Shown piece by piece: positions 1 to 13,637 of a stretch of 64,000 bases of DNA; position 1 is the first letter of the stretch, and every line of letters starts with the position of its first letter. A program made the translations under genes and the position numbers. The stretch is from Eledone cirrhosa (Eukaryota). The notes beneath the pieces were generated by a model that was given only the letters and a program-made list of their open reading frames with translations, was not told where the DNA came from and searched no databases. Location of the stretch: contig OZ024745.1 in the NCBI GenBank assembly GCA_964016885.1, positions 115,754,001-115,818,000 of the forward strand, read 5' to 3'.

Positions 1-525
1 TGGAACACTTGCCAGTCATGGAGGAGCTAGATGTGTTGCCGACTGCTGAAGAACTGTGCAGAGCCATTGGTGGCACCAGGATCTGACGGCATCCCCCCTA
101 GAGGTCAACAGATGTGCAAAGGAAGTGCGACTTAGCTACTTGTTGAAACTATTCTGGCAATGCAAGGAGGAGGGAACAGTCCCGTAAGACATGAGAGACT
201 GCAGCACTGTCACCCTCTATAACACAAGGGGACAAAGGGGATAGAAGTGACTGCAATAGCTACCGAGGAATATCGATGCTAAGCGATGTTGAGAAGGTCG
301 TTGCCCACGTTGTCTTGAGCAGACTACAGGAAATTGCTGAGAGGGTATACCCACCCTGAATCTCAGTGTGGTTTCAGGTCAGAACGCTCCACCATCGACA
401 CGATCTTCTTCCCCTTGACAGCTGTAGAAAGAGCGCTGAGAGCAAAGGCAAGCAGTTTACATCACCTTCATCAACCTCACAAAGGCATTCGATTTAGTTA
501 CTAGAGACGGCCTAATTAAGATCGC
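1..525 (+). pseudogene. RTE-clade LINE reverse transcriptase fragment (frameshifted)
   Basis: Manual translation across frameshifts: APGSDGIPP, VTLY..KGDRSDCNSYRGISMLS, ERVYPESQCGFRSERSTID, FINLTKAFDLV; typical LINE RT N-terminal motifs, with stops. Confidence 0.85.
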
Positions 526-3500
526 AGACACAATTCAAGGAAACGTGGTGTTTAGTGTGACTTCTTAAACTGACATTCTCATCATATTTACGCTGGACTT
601 CACATTTATGAGACGGAAATATGAAAATGCATTAACATCATCATTTTCACTCGATGAATTGTGTTTATCTTCTTTACCTTCATTTACTACGAAATCCATT
701 TCGGAGAATTCTCTCCACCGATGCTGTTGATTTGTGTCTTACACAATATGATAATTAACAAGATGTCAGGCAACATACTAAGTGATTCTATAAGCGGATA
801 GACAGGAACAGATGAGATCTTAATGATTAATTCAGCAGATATTAGCTAAAGGCTAACTACTGGCAATGTTATTATAAAATCTCATATTAACCAAAGAGAA
901 ATATATTACAATGCTATAAAAAGAATTAAAAAATAAAATTAAGAATAAAAATCTTAATTTAAAAGCAACGTGACACAGCATGTATTTCGCATGGAGCTAT
1001 GGATTAAATGTGCGATTTTTTCTTTTCATGTTTCAGCATTAGATTATTTTCAATACGGAAAGATCATTAACGTGTATTAGAAATTTCAGATAACACTTTA
1101 CTAAAAATAGGAATCAACTATATTTTCTAGATGACATTTTCCAGTGTACATTAACAATATTGTAAAATAAATAGTATTATGCAAACATTCTACGTTCACA
1201 TTTCAGAAGGAATGCGAACGTTTTTGAATTTGTAACGTGAAAATGTCTGTGATTTAACACAGGTTGTATTGTTTTGGTACATATTCACAGAGAGAAATAT
1301 ACTTGACTGCAGTTAATCATCTCACCATAGTAGTAGAACTTGTTATAGGTTTCGCAGGATAAAAAACAAGGAATCCAATGAGAATCCAATGAGAAAATAA
1401 ATAAGAAAATACCGGCAAGTAAGTCAATATTGCAGAATATTTGTACCAGCATTTCAACTTTCGCATGAAATAATGCATTTGGATACTTTATATATTCCTA
1501 TATTGCAATGTATATAATTATAATACTTTGAATAGGTAGAATATGTTGGCCGAATTAACTGCTGTATATGACTGATACTTAAATTATTGATGCTGTATAA
1601 ATACTCAGAACGTATGAAGACAAACTTAAATACTGACCACTGCACCTTATTGAAATAGCAAGCTGTAAAGTATCTAACTTCCCCAAACTATGACCAGTAT
1701 GTGTTAAGTTAAACGACGTAACGTGGAACCCATTTTCTGAGCGCTGATTCTGATAAATATTAAATGGTTCAAGATATTAAACTCGCCAAAACTACTATTT
1801 ACTATAATTTTCTTTCATTGTGCTACAGTGTATAACTAGTTATAAAATGTTATGTTATATTTAGATATGTCCCTTTACCATCTGTTTTCAAATCCTTTCC
1901 ATCGCTGGACACTATATAGAGCAGAGATGGAGAACAGGCGGCCTTTTGAAAGAATAAAATATTTCCAACAAATTTAAAATTATTATTAATATGTCTTTGC
2001 CTATCACTTATTTTAATTTAAACCATAAGATGGATAAATTTGAAATACCAAAGAGTAAATAAAAATTCAATGAAATAAACCACAAACAACCAGAACTTAA
2101 AAAACAACAGACCATAAGGGCAATTTCAGCACTTTCTATATTCATGTTTTAGTTGTAATGTGATTCTAGCACGAACATTAAATTCCCGCTAGACTGGAGC
2201 CATTTTGGCCAAGAGGAATTAGTACGCCAGTGAATATAAAAGTTTGAAAATTATGTATGTGGATTTTTATTTGAATTAGAATTAAAAGAAACAAACCTTA
2301 CCGAACTCGACCGTATATCAGTATTTATTTTATTTTTTGTTTGTTGTAACGATGGATCAAGCCAAAAAGGGGATGTATAATTTGTTTAATTCGCCCCTGA
2401 ATTTGAGAAATAAGATATTCTGAAAATATAAAAAAATTTAAACAAGTTTTGTTTGATAGATCGTATAGACTTTAGCTGGAAAATATTTTCATTACAAAAA
2501 AGTAAACAGCAAAAGACATATATATCTGTTTACAGAATATAATATAACAGCGCATCATGGCAATGAATTCCAAGAGAACGCCCAAGGAAGAAAACAGAAG
2601 CTTTAATGAGGATGGGAACCATTTTGTCTGTTGAAGATAAAATAGTTTGCTTACGTTGTAATGCTGTAATATCAACATTAAATAAATGCAATGCTAATCA
2701 GCATTATGTTACCCATAAGGACCATAAATATTTCAAATTAGAAGGAGAGGTGAGAAAGGTTGCATTGCAGAAATTAAAAGACGAAAAGCAAAAACATAGA
2801 TAGTTCTTTAACGCAGTGGTAAGACCCTGAAACGATACCATTGAAGCAATATATAAAATAGTTTATATACCCGGGGAAGAAGGTAAGCCATCCAGTGGTG
2901 TGAAAATTGTAATAAAATGTATTGTCGAAGCTGTAAGAGGCTTAGACCCTGAAAATATTTTAAGATACAAACAACAGCATCTTTCAAGGAGAATTATAAT
3001 TAATAGGCAGCATGAAGTAGCTTTAAAATTAACTGAACAACTTCACACAATAATTTAAAAGAAAGATATTTATTATTCAATCCCTTTGGATGGATCAATT
3101 GATACTACTGACTCAGTGCAGGTTTTATATTTAATTCAGGTAATAACGGAAGATTGTATTTTCTATGAAGAGTTACTGACTTCAGTCACTCTTACTTGTA
3201 GAACAGGAGGAATAAATATCTTCAAAAACTTTCAAGATACATATGTTGAGATTGGACTGAATTTGGTTAATTTAGTGAGTGTATGTACAGACATGGCTCC
3301 TTCCATGACAGGAAAACATGAAGGGTTTATTGCACAGATAACAAAACGTATTGTCAAATATAGATGCTCTCATTTCCATTGTATTTAACACCAGTAAATC
3401 TCTGTGCTAAAGCTGTTCTAAACGACACTGCAACAAGCTATAAATGTTGTTAACTATATTCGTGTACATACAACACGGCACCGTCAGTTTTGTAACATGT

Positions 3501-3526
3501 TAAAATTGGATGATATTATATATAAT

Positions 3527-3711
3527 TGTTTCTACTTTAGGCACAAGGCCAGCAATTACCCAGTGCATTACTGGTACTTTATTTTATCGACCCCGTAAGG
3601 ATGAAAGGCAAAGTCAACCTCGGCGGGATTTGAACTCAGATCGTAAAGGGACGTAACTATGCTGGAAAGCATGGCGTCCGACCCTCTACCGATACTGCCA
3701 ATCCACCACCC
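3527..3711 (-). mobile_element. tRNA-derived SINE family 1, full length, inside the hAT element
   Basis: A box TGGCAGTATCGG and B box GAGTTCAAATCC on minus; perfect 16-bp TSD TGATATTATATATAAT (3511-3526, 3712-3727); many copies in window. Confidence 0.9.
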
Positions 3712-3718
3712 TGATATT

Positions 3719-3842
3719 ATATATAATGTAGACTTGCCATGTACCATTCTAAAGTATGGTATGATATATAATGTAGATTTGCAATACCATTCTAAAGAGG
3801 GATATGATATATAATGTAGATTTGTCTTACCATTCTAAAGTG
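3719..3842 (+). repeat. Three diverged tandem copies of a ~40-bp transposase segment
   Basis: ATATATAATGTAGA(C/T)TTG...TACCATTCTAAAG repeated three times next to the SINE TSD. Confidence 0.8.
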
Positions 3843-5080
3843 GGACAGGTGTTAGCAAAATTTTTATCGTTACGAGAACAGATAATAAAATGTTATGAAG
3901 AATCAGCAATGTGAATTATTGAAAGAGGATTTCTATAGAAATGCTGCATTTCTGGGATATCATGTCAAAGGAAAATGATTTGAATATTTCTTTAGAAAGT
4001 TAACCTAAGTCTATATATGATATGGGGCAAAACATTGAAGCATTTCGAAAAACGCTATACTTTCAAAACTGTTCTTCAAAAGGAAATTTTGTATGGATAT
4101 TCTCCCCAGTTAGCAAAGTATATTGAAGTACAGGTGAATTCCTGTAAATCATTTGAATAGTATGCAGCTGTTATAAATTGGAGAATACAATGGAAGGTTC
4201 CGTGGTTTTGAGAATAATGACATCACACTCAAGTTTGACGATACGATAGGTCTGACAGAGATATGGAAAATGCAATAGAATACCCATACCTTCTGCAACA
4301 TGCACGAAAAATACACTTGCCTTTCAACCACTTCATTGCTGTGAATCTACATTATTGTACCTAACTGAAATCAAAACGCATTTGGGATCACAAATGGCGG
4401 ACGCTCATCTAGAGATTCAGTTGAAACTTCTTACCTCCATACTGCAACCAAATATCAGAATACTTTCTTTCAACAAGCAGTTACAACAAAGTCATTAAAA
4501 GGTAGGTAACTTTGAAATTAAATTTTCTTTCCTTTTTAGATAATTAGCACATAGTAATTAGATTTTTAAAAAGATAATGTAGGTTTTAAGAATATATAAT
4601 TATGGTTCCTTGAATGTGGCCTTACAAGTAACTTAATGCAGCCTTTCAACATAAAAAGCTTTCTCACCTCTGGTATAGAATATATACCAGCAAACCACAA
4701 AGATGAATAGAAAAGACTACACCACACCCCAGAATACGAAGTCTTTCGCCACCCTGAAGTACATTATATGTCAGAGGATTAAGATAATTATGAATCATGA
4801 TCAACCCAGTATGCTAAAGCTTCTAATGTTCAGCAATTTCCCCAATCGATTGCAGGTGTTTGTTCAAATTTATAAATACCTTCACTGATTCGTACGAACA
4901 TTACTTGAAAATTGCATCTTCATACAAACTGCAACTGATAAAGCTCAGCTATTTCTAGGTGGCATTATGTTAGAATTTGAAGTGAATACTGCAATCTAAT
5001 TATGGATTATGTTGCAAACAGTGGTGGGATGTACCAACACATGTTTCCAATTTAGAGTTAAATAGTGTTTAGTGTCCGAC

Positions 5081-5111
<31 letters not shown>

Positions 5112-5253
5112 ACTATCATGGCTATTGCCACTGTGTAAAAGCAACGCAAACCTCGTTTTCACTTACGAACTAATTTACTTTTAAAACTTTGTACTGTATA
5201 CTTTTCTTCGTGTCCTTTAATTAGAACCATCTATCTATCTGCATGACTATTTG

Positions 5254-5302
<49 letters not shown>

Positions 5303-5432
5303 ATAACACACGGGATGTGGTAAGATACCAGGTGGACCATAACGTACTAGAGTACTCAATACTTAGGGTAGTAGAGTGGGTAATAGAAAAAGAGTCAGGA
5401 CACGAACGGATGAGCTGCGGCCGTTTCGACAG
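5303..5432 (-). mobile_element. Family C short PLE-terminus element in (TATC)n
   Basis: Shares GGACCATAACG..GAGTACTCAATACT..GGTAGTAGAGTGGGTAATAG and CGTTTCGAC with copies at 31950, 50779, 54799 and 62103. Confidence 0.7.
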
Positions 5433-6314
5433 ATCTATCTATCTATCTATCTATCTATCTGTCTATCTCTACATCCAGCTTATTCACAAAGAATAACATT
5501 TTATGCATTCGCTACGACTAATAACTAAAAGATGCCTCAACTTTTGATTCAATAAGTTGTTTTCTATTTCATAACTAAATACAAATAGAAATAAAATATA
5601 AATGAAATCCAAAGAAACATTGACCTTCATAGAATTATAAACAGGTTTCTTAAACTAGAAATCATAACGAAGTATGGCATTAGAAAGACAAGATCACAAC
5701 TTATAAAAATAAAGTATTTATTTTACATGCTTTTCATTACTTTTTTTTCACAATTTAATAAAAACAAAACATATTTTAATTAGAACGATAATTAAATCTT
5801 TCATATTAAGTTGAAAGAGTAAAAAAAGATGTTAGAAACTTAAATTAATTTAAAAAATGAAATGGAATAATTTCCACGAGAATCCTTAATCCAAGAGTAA
5901 TTAAAAGGTTGATATTTTAAATTGAAAAAGATGAAATGAAGTAACTCCCCCTATCTCTCTCATATATATGTATATTCCACATTTTTATTGTTTTGTTTAA
6001 TATGCGCTCTAATACCTGTTCTATCTTTCTTTGTCACTCACCTATTGAATCATACAAGTTGTAAAATTGACCGGTTTACGCACGTGGTTGATCGAACTAT
6101 CTAGAATTCAAACTCTAGCCAGCGCGCTAATTCTATATTGCTGTCTAATTGCCTGTTGGTATTTAATGTCTGGAAAGGCTTTAGGCACTACCCTTGTTTA
6201 CTGTCGCACTATTTCTCGCCATGGTACTTGGAGACTGGAGCCGAATGCTACCATTCTATTATATTTATGTGTTCATGTTGATTAATAAAATGACAAGACA
6301 GTCAACCATATTGA

Positions 6315-6533
6315 TGGCCTCCCCACAGTCTCGGCGGACAGAATGGAGAAGGCGTTTCCCCGGAGGACGACAAGGGAGACGCGCTGGAAGAGCCATTCCA
6401 ACTCGTGAGTCTCACACCTGCGGTTGGCCAGTTCAGCGCCTGTGGTGGTGAGTAGGGAGGTAGCCCTAGGGCCGAGGACACCAGAAGTCTACACTGCCAA
6501 GGGCACGACCGCAAACCTGTCGGAGAGCGACTG
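6315..6533 (-). mobile_element. CRE-like non-LTR retrotransposon 3' fragment
   Basis: Diverged copy of 42655-42873 (GGAGAAGGCGTTTCCCCGGAGGA...ACCGCAAACCTGTCGGAGAGCGAC). Confidence 0.7.
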
Positions 6534-6556
6534 ATTTACTCTAATAACCGATTTTT

Positions 6557-6905
6557 GAAGGCGCATGGCTTAGTGGTTAGAGCGTTGGGCTTGCCAACGG
6601 AAGGGTGTGAGTTCGATTTTCGGACCGGGTGATGCGTTGTGTCCATGAGCAAGACACCTTATTTGACATCGCTCCAGTTTATTCAGCTGTAGAAATGAGT
6701 TGTGACGTCACTGGTGTCAAGCTGTATCGGCCATTGCCTTTCTCTTGGACAATATCGGTGGCGTAGAGAGGGGAGGTGGGTATGCATGGGCGACTACTGG
6801 TCTTCCACAAAAAACCTTTCCCACGCTTGTGTGCCTTGGAGGGAAACTGTTTATGTGTAAATCCCATGGTCATTCCTGACTGAAGGGATCTTTGCTCCCT
6901 TTACT
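6557..6905 (+). mobile_element. tRNA-derived SINE family 2 (CORE-like central block)
   Basis: A box TGGCTTAGTGG, B box GAGTTCGATT, central TTGTGTCC..GAGCAAGACAC block; related copies at 10825, 28305, 52855, 54597. Confidence 0.8.
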
Positions 6906-8884
6906 ATTATTTACCCGTTAAGAAATGTGTGTATCATCAATTCAGAGCGATGAACGTAGGAGTTAAACATGGCGTTTCAAAGTTTCAATGTCGCCTAGGA
7001 GATTCCTATTCAATTGATTATCTTCTTACAAATACAAAAAGTGAGTAGTTATCATTTTTCATAGAAAATGTATTAAAAGCTAACGGAGAATAAATATGCG
7101 CTGAGAAAAAGAATGATAACAATTATTATATTTGCCTAATATTTCTGCTTATATCGACTCATATATAAGACAAGTCATTGACTATGGAGGCTCTTTCAAT
7201 AGTTTTCATTGCTTGTATATCTTCTAAGCTACATAACAGCAAGACTATATATATGTTCAGCGTTTTCTCGCATATTTTCGGTTGAACGAAAGAAATATAC
7301 ATGTATTAATATACTAGCAGAAAAATCACCCTTCGGGTAGTTTTCTGTTAGCATGTGTAGTGTGCATATTGATATTATACGCAAATATATATGCATGTAG
7401 ATATGATATATCAAATGAAATCGTAATTGACAATATACACAGAAATTGAACGAAGTCTTCGTTACACTGTCTTATGTAATTAGTAACGTAATCCATGATA
7501 AATAAAAAAAAGACGATATTATATATAAACTGCATTAGGAGAAAATTAGTGACGGAAATATATGAATAAGCAATCGCTAACCGGAAGTGTTGATATTTGA
7601 ACATTTTAAAGAAGTGAATCTTAAAATACGCAACAAAATTATTTATATTTAATCAAGAATAACGAAATTTAGTATTGTGATATATTTTAGAAATGTAATG
7701 ACGTATGAGCTACATATTCTGACATACATTACCCCTTAACTTTAGGTAGGCGCAGAAGAATATTACAATAAATGTGCTATAAAATTGATGAGTACATTGC
7801 TAGATGACAGAGTGCTGAGTTCAATAGATCCTACAGAACAAGTGAGCTACTGTAAATTGACAATCCTTTAAACGAAAATCATTTTCATTCATTTAATATT
7901 ACAGGAACCAAAGTTAATTACTGATCTTGTGGACAAGGAATTCTCGTAAAAATACACATATAATGATTATTGAGATGATCTTACCTCCTAATAGCACATG
8001 TAATATATCGAGAGCTTTTTAGGCAGGTATTGAAATTGTTATGCATAAGGATTTGAGCTGAATATAGCATGCTAACAAAAGACTTAATACTACGGAGTGG
8101 CACGAATTATTCTAGAAAGCTGTGGACTAATTATAGAGAAATGAAACATTACGTCCTATCAAGTTAGAAAGAACAAGTGTCATGGATACGACGGGTTATT
8201 ATTTACAGACCTTTTACTTAATTATTACTTAACCACCCAGTTAGTAATACATCCACTGATTATATAAAACCGGTCTCCACATCAAATACACGTCAAAGGT
8301 TTGTTACCAATGACTGTCCTCTTCAGTAAATCTATATTTTAAACAGAAAATGAAACAGAACTTATTTGATAGATATCAGCACACAGAGCACAAAGTACTA
8401 GAGGTGGTTATATGCAAATGAATATATTTATCGAGTCAGATTCTAATTGTTCGATAATGATATGTTCTATTGTTCTTGACAAAACGGAAGCAAAATAACT
8501 ATACGGTTCTTTATTGTGATTATTGCTCCATAATTTAATTTGGAGATAATACGAAACAACACTTTCGATCAATCTTTTTTAGATTGGTCATAAAGTACAG
8601 AATCAAATTTCATAGTTTGTCATAGATTGTTAACTTTACTTCCAGGCGCTTTCAATGCTTAGTTTAATATAGATCATACAGAAGAGAATAAATAACTTCA
8701 GGCCACTTGGTAAATAGATCAATAATTGCTATATCACATAAAAATCGAAATATTTCCCCTGAATACTGTTGATATTCAGTGTATGGCAATACTAGTAAAG
8801 AGTCAGACAAAAGTATTGAGTGTAATCTAATCGACTTTACTTTCCTTCAAATATTTGTGGCATTGTGTTTGTGTTAGATATTGA

Positions 8885-9032
8885 CTAGCAGAATGGCCCG
8901 GCGTTGCTCGGGATTTGCTCTAGGGTACTTATATATTTGATATATATTTATCCTTATCGAGCCTCGTGAAATAAGTACGTTTGTTTATATTTTGTTATTG
9001 TGTATGCAAAACTATCTCTACACGAATATATA

Positions 9033-9087
<55 letters not shown>

Positions 9088-9618
9088 CAGTACGGAGAAG
9101 TACGGAATACCTCGGCCTCGGGATGGTGTCTACATTTTGTGTTTATAAAAAAAATTCGTCGTAGATTACCAGGTTTTTTTCCGTGCGAAGAAAATCAATA
9201 CTTTATCGCGAAATAAATACTTTTGTTTATATTTTGTTATTGTGTATGCAAAAATATCTGTACACGAATATATAATTATATATATATATATATACATATT
9301 AAATACACACACACACACACACACACACACTCCGCGTCATAATGTCGTAATGTAGACAGCCAGACATACAGACAGATATTATAAGGGCGCAACGTTATAT
9401 CTATGTATCTATCTAAAAAGAAAGACTAAGAATTATAGAGAGAGATCGCTAAATCGCCTAATGCGGTCCCTAGGGCATTGAAAATTTGAAATATTATTTG
9501 CTGACAACACTCACAGGACCATAAGTATTACATGTGCAAAGTTTGAAAACAATCGGTTGGGTGGTTCTTGAGTTTTAGTGATCGGACAGACAGACATTCT
9601 TTGTTTTAGATATATAGA
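8885..9618 (-). mobile_element. Non-autonomous Helitron-like element, family H1
   Basis: Minus strand starts TCTATATA...(TGTC)n and ends with a GC-rich hairpin CCCGAGCAACGCCGGG followed by CTAG; same 3' end at 56362. Confidence 0.75.
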
Positions 9619-9713
9619 CTAGCAGAAAACCGCCCACACGGGTGGTTTTCTGCTAGTATATATATAAATATTACACACACAGAAATGTATATATATTTCT
9701 GTGTGTGTGTATA

Positions 9714-9758
<45 letters not shown>

Positions 9759-9767
<9 letters not shown>

Positions 9768-10292
9768 TAAACAAATAATGAACAAACAATTCCTTATATT
9801 AAACAAAAAAAGTTCATTATTTAACGATCGTTTCTAGGATATATATGTGTTATAATTGGTATGCATATTCAACAGATCTATGTACAAAATTATACAAAAT
9901 TATACAAATTATCAAGATTAAATATACATACCAAACACATATATACGCCGTCTTCATTATTTCTGAAGACGGCGTATATATGTGTTTGGTATGTATATTT
10001 AATCTTGATAATTTGTATAATTTTGTATAATTTTGTACATAGATCTGTTGAATATGCATACCAATTATAACACATATATATCCTAGAAACGATCGTTAAA
10101 TAATGAACTTTTTTTGTTTAATATAAGGAATTGTTTGTTCATTATTTGTTTAATATTTTATCTTGACTCTGTATACCGTTTATCTTTCACCGAAAGTCGT
10201 TTTTCATTGCATCTCTTCTTTCCATGATATCCGGAATACATTGAGTTCTTCATACGGATTGGACACTACCGTAAACTCTTGGTAGATTTATC

Positions 10293-10297
<5 letters not shown>
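9759..10297 (+). mobile_element. Fold-back PLE-terminus element in (TA)n (198-bp arms plus 3' tail)
   Basis: Arms 9759-9956 and 9964-10161 read as exact reverse complements with a 7-nt loop; (TA)n on both sides; contains a HHR. Confidence 0.85.
9953..10107 (+). ncRNA. Type I hammerhead ribozyme with long stem II
   Basis: Stem I TTCATTATTT/AAATAATGAA, core CTGAAGA, ~115-nt imperfect stem II, GAAAC-GATC-GTT. Confidence 0.8.
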
Positions 10298-10353
<56 letters not shown>

Positions 10354-10824
10354 CACACACAGAAATGTATATATATTTCTGTGTGTATATATATATATAT
10401 TACACACACAGAAATGTATATATATTTCTGTGTTGTATATATATATATTACACACACACAGAAATGTATATATGTTTCTGTAGCACTCCTCAATTCCCCC
10501 CCTCTCTCCCTCCCGCTATCCCCCTCTTGTAGTCTGTCTCTTTCTTTCACTCTCACTCTCTCTCTACGCGTCCGCAAAAAACATTCGCACGCGCGCACGT
10601 GTTTTAGCGTCTATTCACTCTCTCTCTCTCCCTCTCTCCCTCCCGCTATCCTCCTCTCGTAGTCTGTCTCTTTCTTTCACTTTCACTCTCTCTCTACGCG
10701 TGCGCAAAAAACATTCGCACGCGCGCACGTGTTTCCACTGTCGGACAGACAGACAAACAGAGAAATTGCTGCTTATATATTATAAGGAGATTGCTGCTTA
10801 TATATTATAAGGAGATAAGATAGT

Positions 10825-11015
10825 GAAGGCGCGTGGCTGAATCGTAAGGTTGTGGGTTCGATTCATGGACAGGGCGATGCGTTATACCCTCGAGCAAGAT
10901 ACTTTATTTCACGTTGTTCCTTTTACCTGGAGTTACGACCGATAGATAGTATATAGAAATTGGAAAGACCAACGGAAACATTGTTTCCTCAGTTCGATTT
11001 GACGAAAGTCGATCG
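10825..11015 (+). mobile_element. SINE family 2 variant with alternative 3' tail
   Basis: B box GGTTCGATTC, CORE-like block, tail GGAAAGACCAACGGAAACATTGTTTCCTC shared with minus copy at 54597-54798. Confidence 0.7.
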
Positions 11016-11260
11016 ACTGTCGATTGTTAAGATGACAGTGTGGTAAAGTATGTAGAACAGGGACTAAAATACTTTCTGGGTATTAAGCAGTACTGTCCCT
11101 GCCTCTCTTTATATTGAACGCTTAAATACCACTGGAATCTATAACTTTGATCGTTTCTTACCAATAAACTACCTGTAGGTCACATATTAAGGTCGTTCTG
11201 ATTGTAAGTTACCCCTCCTTTACCACTTACCCTTACACCCACAAGCAACAACAACATTAA

Positions 11261-11686
11261 TAATTGTTTCCATTTTAGGCTCTAAAGGCCAACAATCTGG
11301 GGGGGGGGGGGGGAATCGAGCCCTGTATGTGACTGGTACTTTATATTATCAACCCCATAAGAATGAAAAGCAAATCCAACCCTGCGGGATTTGAACTCAA
11401 TATGTAAAGGGCCGTAACTATATGCCATGAAGCATGTTGTCCGACACTCTACCGATACTACCAATACACCGACCTTTTAAATGACAATAATAATAATTGT
11501 TTCTACCTTTGGCACAAGGCCAGCAATTACTCAGTACATTACTGGTACTTTATTTTATCGACCCCGTAAGGATGAAAGGCAAAGTTAACCTCGGCGGGAT
11601 TTGAACTCAGATCATAAAGGGACGTAACTCTATGCTTCAAAGCATGGTGTCCGACTCTCTACCGATACTGCCAATCCAACGCCCTT
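11261..11686 (-). mobile_element. Two tandem SINE family 1 copies
   Basis: Two units (about 11261-11475 and 11490-11686) with the family core ACTGGTACTTTAT...GGGATTTGAACTCA. Confidence 0.85.
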
Positions 11687-11689
11687 ACA

Positions 11690-13460
11690 ATAATAATAAT
11701 GGTTTCATTTATTGGCCCCAAGAGCCGACACAAATGGAACAATACAAGGGCAGGGACAGTAGGGGTGAGGTGGGTTACAATAAAATCGAGTAGAATACGC
11801 ATTAACAAAAACATTAACAATGAAGATATATAAAAATACAAAAAATTATAAAAACATATAACAAAATAAATTCCCCAATAGGGGGCAAACAACACAGGGG
11901 CGACTCAGGTACTCCACCAATCCTGAACCACCCAACGCTACGAGGGCACACAAGAAGGGCACCTCTCTCCCCCTCAAATTAAACAACCTACAAGCGCATG
12001 CTCACATGGGCCATTGGGTCACATTCACCCACATTTTAGCAAATGTATTGGGGGCAGCACTTCTCTCTCCACCTTCACCTTCCTTTCCAAGTGAAACTTG
12101 AAAAAGTCGATGAGTGATTGGCCGAAGAGAAAAGTGTCTGTCTTCAGTCCTTTCAACCTGGTCCACCATATAACCTCTTTCGCTACGGCTACCAGGCAGA
12201 GGAAAATTGCCTGCGCTTCCCGACCAAAAGATGACTAACGGTCGATCTTCAAAATGGACCCGGTCGGTTGTCGGATCCGTTCTACCCGTGACAACAGCTG
12301 TTCGATATAACTTCACAAGTCAGTAATGCATGGACACTGAACGAGTGCGTGCAGAACGGTTTTGTCGCTCTGCGCACATCTCTGGCAGGTCCGTCTGAAA
12401 TCACTTCCGTGCCTATAGAGTTTATCTCGAACCAGCAGCGAACCCCGGTAAGACTGCCAAGCGAAGGATTTTTGGAAGTTGTTCATAATCTATGGTTCGA
12501 ACATGCTCCGGAACAGACTGGTGAGTTCGATTTGTTCGCCGCCTAGAGCCTCTCCAAGTGTGTCGTCACACTTGCCCACCACTAATCCTATATCGAACTC
12601 GCGATTGGAAGTTCCAATGACCGCACAGCCCACCTGGGAGAGGGCAGTGAGCATCTGGCAACATTCCAGATGCCTGGTGTCCTATTTCGGTCTCTTCTTG
12701 ACCCAGGACTGCAGCTCAATCAAAGAGATGAGCTGCGGAAAGGCCTGTCTCACAAACGGTAACCACACCTGTTCAACGTTTAGGTAGAATATCTGGACTG
12801 GAGATGCCGCAGCCTCAGCGCATGCTTGCGCATCATTAGCCACGGCATGCGCAGCTCTCCGCGTAGAGGGTGTTGGCAGTAGATGGACCGCCACACAACG
12901 GAACCTGTCGCCCTCCACACGAAGTTGAAGGGGATCCTTTCCAATTTGGCGAAGCGCGAACGGGGGCAAGGCACGACAGTCAGGCGGTAGTAGATGACGG
13001 GCGCGATGTACTCATTCGCCAGCTTCGCCCAACCTTTCAGTGATAGCTTCCTCGCAGCCCATTTCTGGGTGAGACTGTCTAACCTGATCGTAACCGCGAG
13101 CCAATTCTAATTCACCTAGAGGTCACGTCCGAACCAGACCCCGAGCAACTTTACCGATCCGTCTGACGACGCTGTTGGACGGCATGGACTTTCTTCTCAA
13201 GGTGCAGAGCTACAAGCTCAACAACCTTTTCCGGTTTAGTTTTGCTCCCGTAAAACTTACATATTCCTCGAAGAAGGTGCCGACCTCCACGATTTCCGAG
13301 GTGTCCGACACCATTACGGTGATGTCGTCCGCATAGGCCAACACAACCTTTCCACACCCCATTTCAAGCGGGAGGCACTGCAATGACTTCAGCGTCTGCA
13401 GTAAAGACTCGAGAGTTAATGCATACAGAAGGGGGAGAGTATCTCCAGGTCATCCTAAAA
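11690..13460 (-). mobile_element. 5'-truncated, decayed Tx1/L1-like LINE
   Basis: Minus translation gives an LSP..YALTLE-like motif B, VLAYADDITV (motif C) and LLGVWFG; 3' AATAAA followed by an (ATT)n tail. Confidence 0.7.
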
Positions 13461-13637
13461 CCAGTCATTCCTGGCTATTCTCGGTGCCTCAATCGGGACG
13501 GCATCTGTCCCCGCCACAATTTGTGCTTGTTGTTGTGTCCCACCTCTAAACCTTTAAGTCACTATCACGGGACGACTGACTTAATGTTGGAGGCGTGTCA
13601 CGTCCAATATTCAAAATAAGCATATATATATATATAT

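Larger units (their letters stand above)
2557..4498 (+). pseudogene. hAT transposase pseudogene
   Basis: KEENRSFNED..., zinc-finger-like VCLRC...NQHYVTH, SIPLDGSIDTTD (first catalytic D), VSVCTDMAPSMTG, HFHCI (CxxH region), C-terminal KQLQQSH*; many stops and frameshifts. Confidence 0.85.
1922..4672 (+). mobile_element. Degenerate hAT (Charlie/SPIN/GTF2IRD2-like) DNA transposon
   Basis: Imperfect TIRs CAGAGATGGAGAA (1922) / TTCTCACCTCTG (4661-4672); 8-bp flanks ATATAGAG / GTATAGAA resemble an NTATAGAN TSD; internal transposase remnants. Confidence 0.8.
9619..10815 (-). mobile_element. Non-autonomous Helitron-like element, family H2, abutting H1 and interrupted by a HHR fold-back element
   Basis: Terminal palindrome CTAGCAGAAAACCGCCC-ACAC-GGGTGGTTTTCTGCTAG (similar at 7314); other end TCTCCTTATAAT...(TGTC)n, duplicated; internal ~100-bp direct repeat. 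Confidence 0.65.

Noticed and set aside
3527-3711. tRNA genes suggested by A/B boxes
   Set aside because: No cloverleaf; boxes are SINE heads with body, tail and TSD
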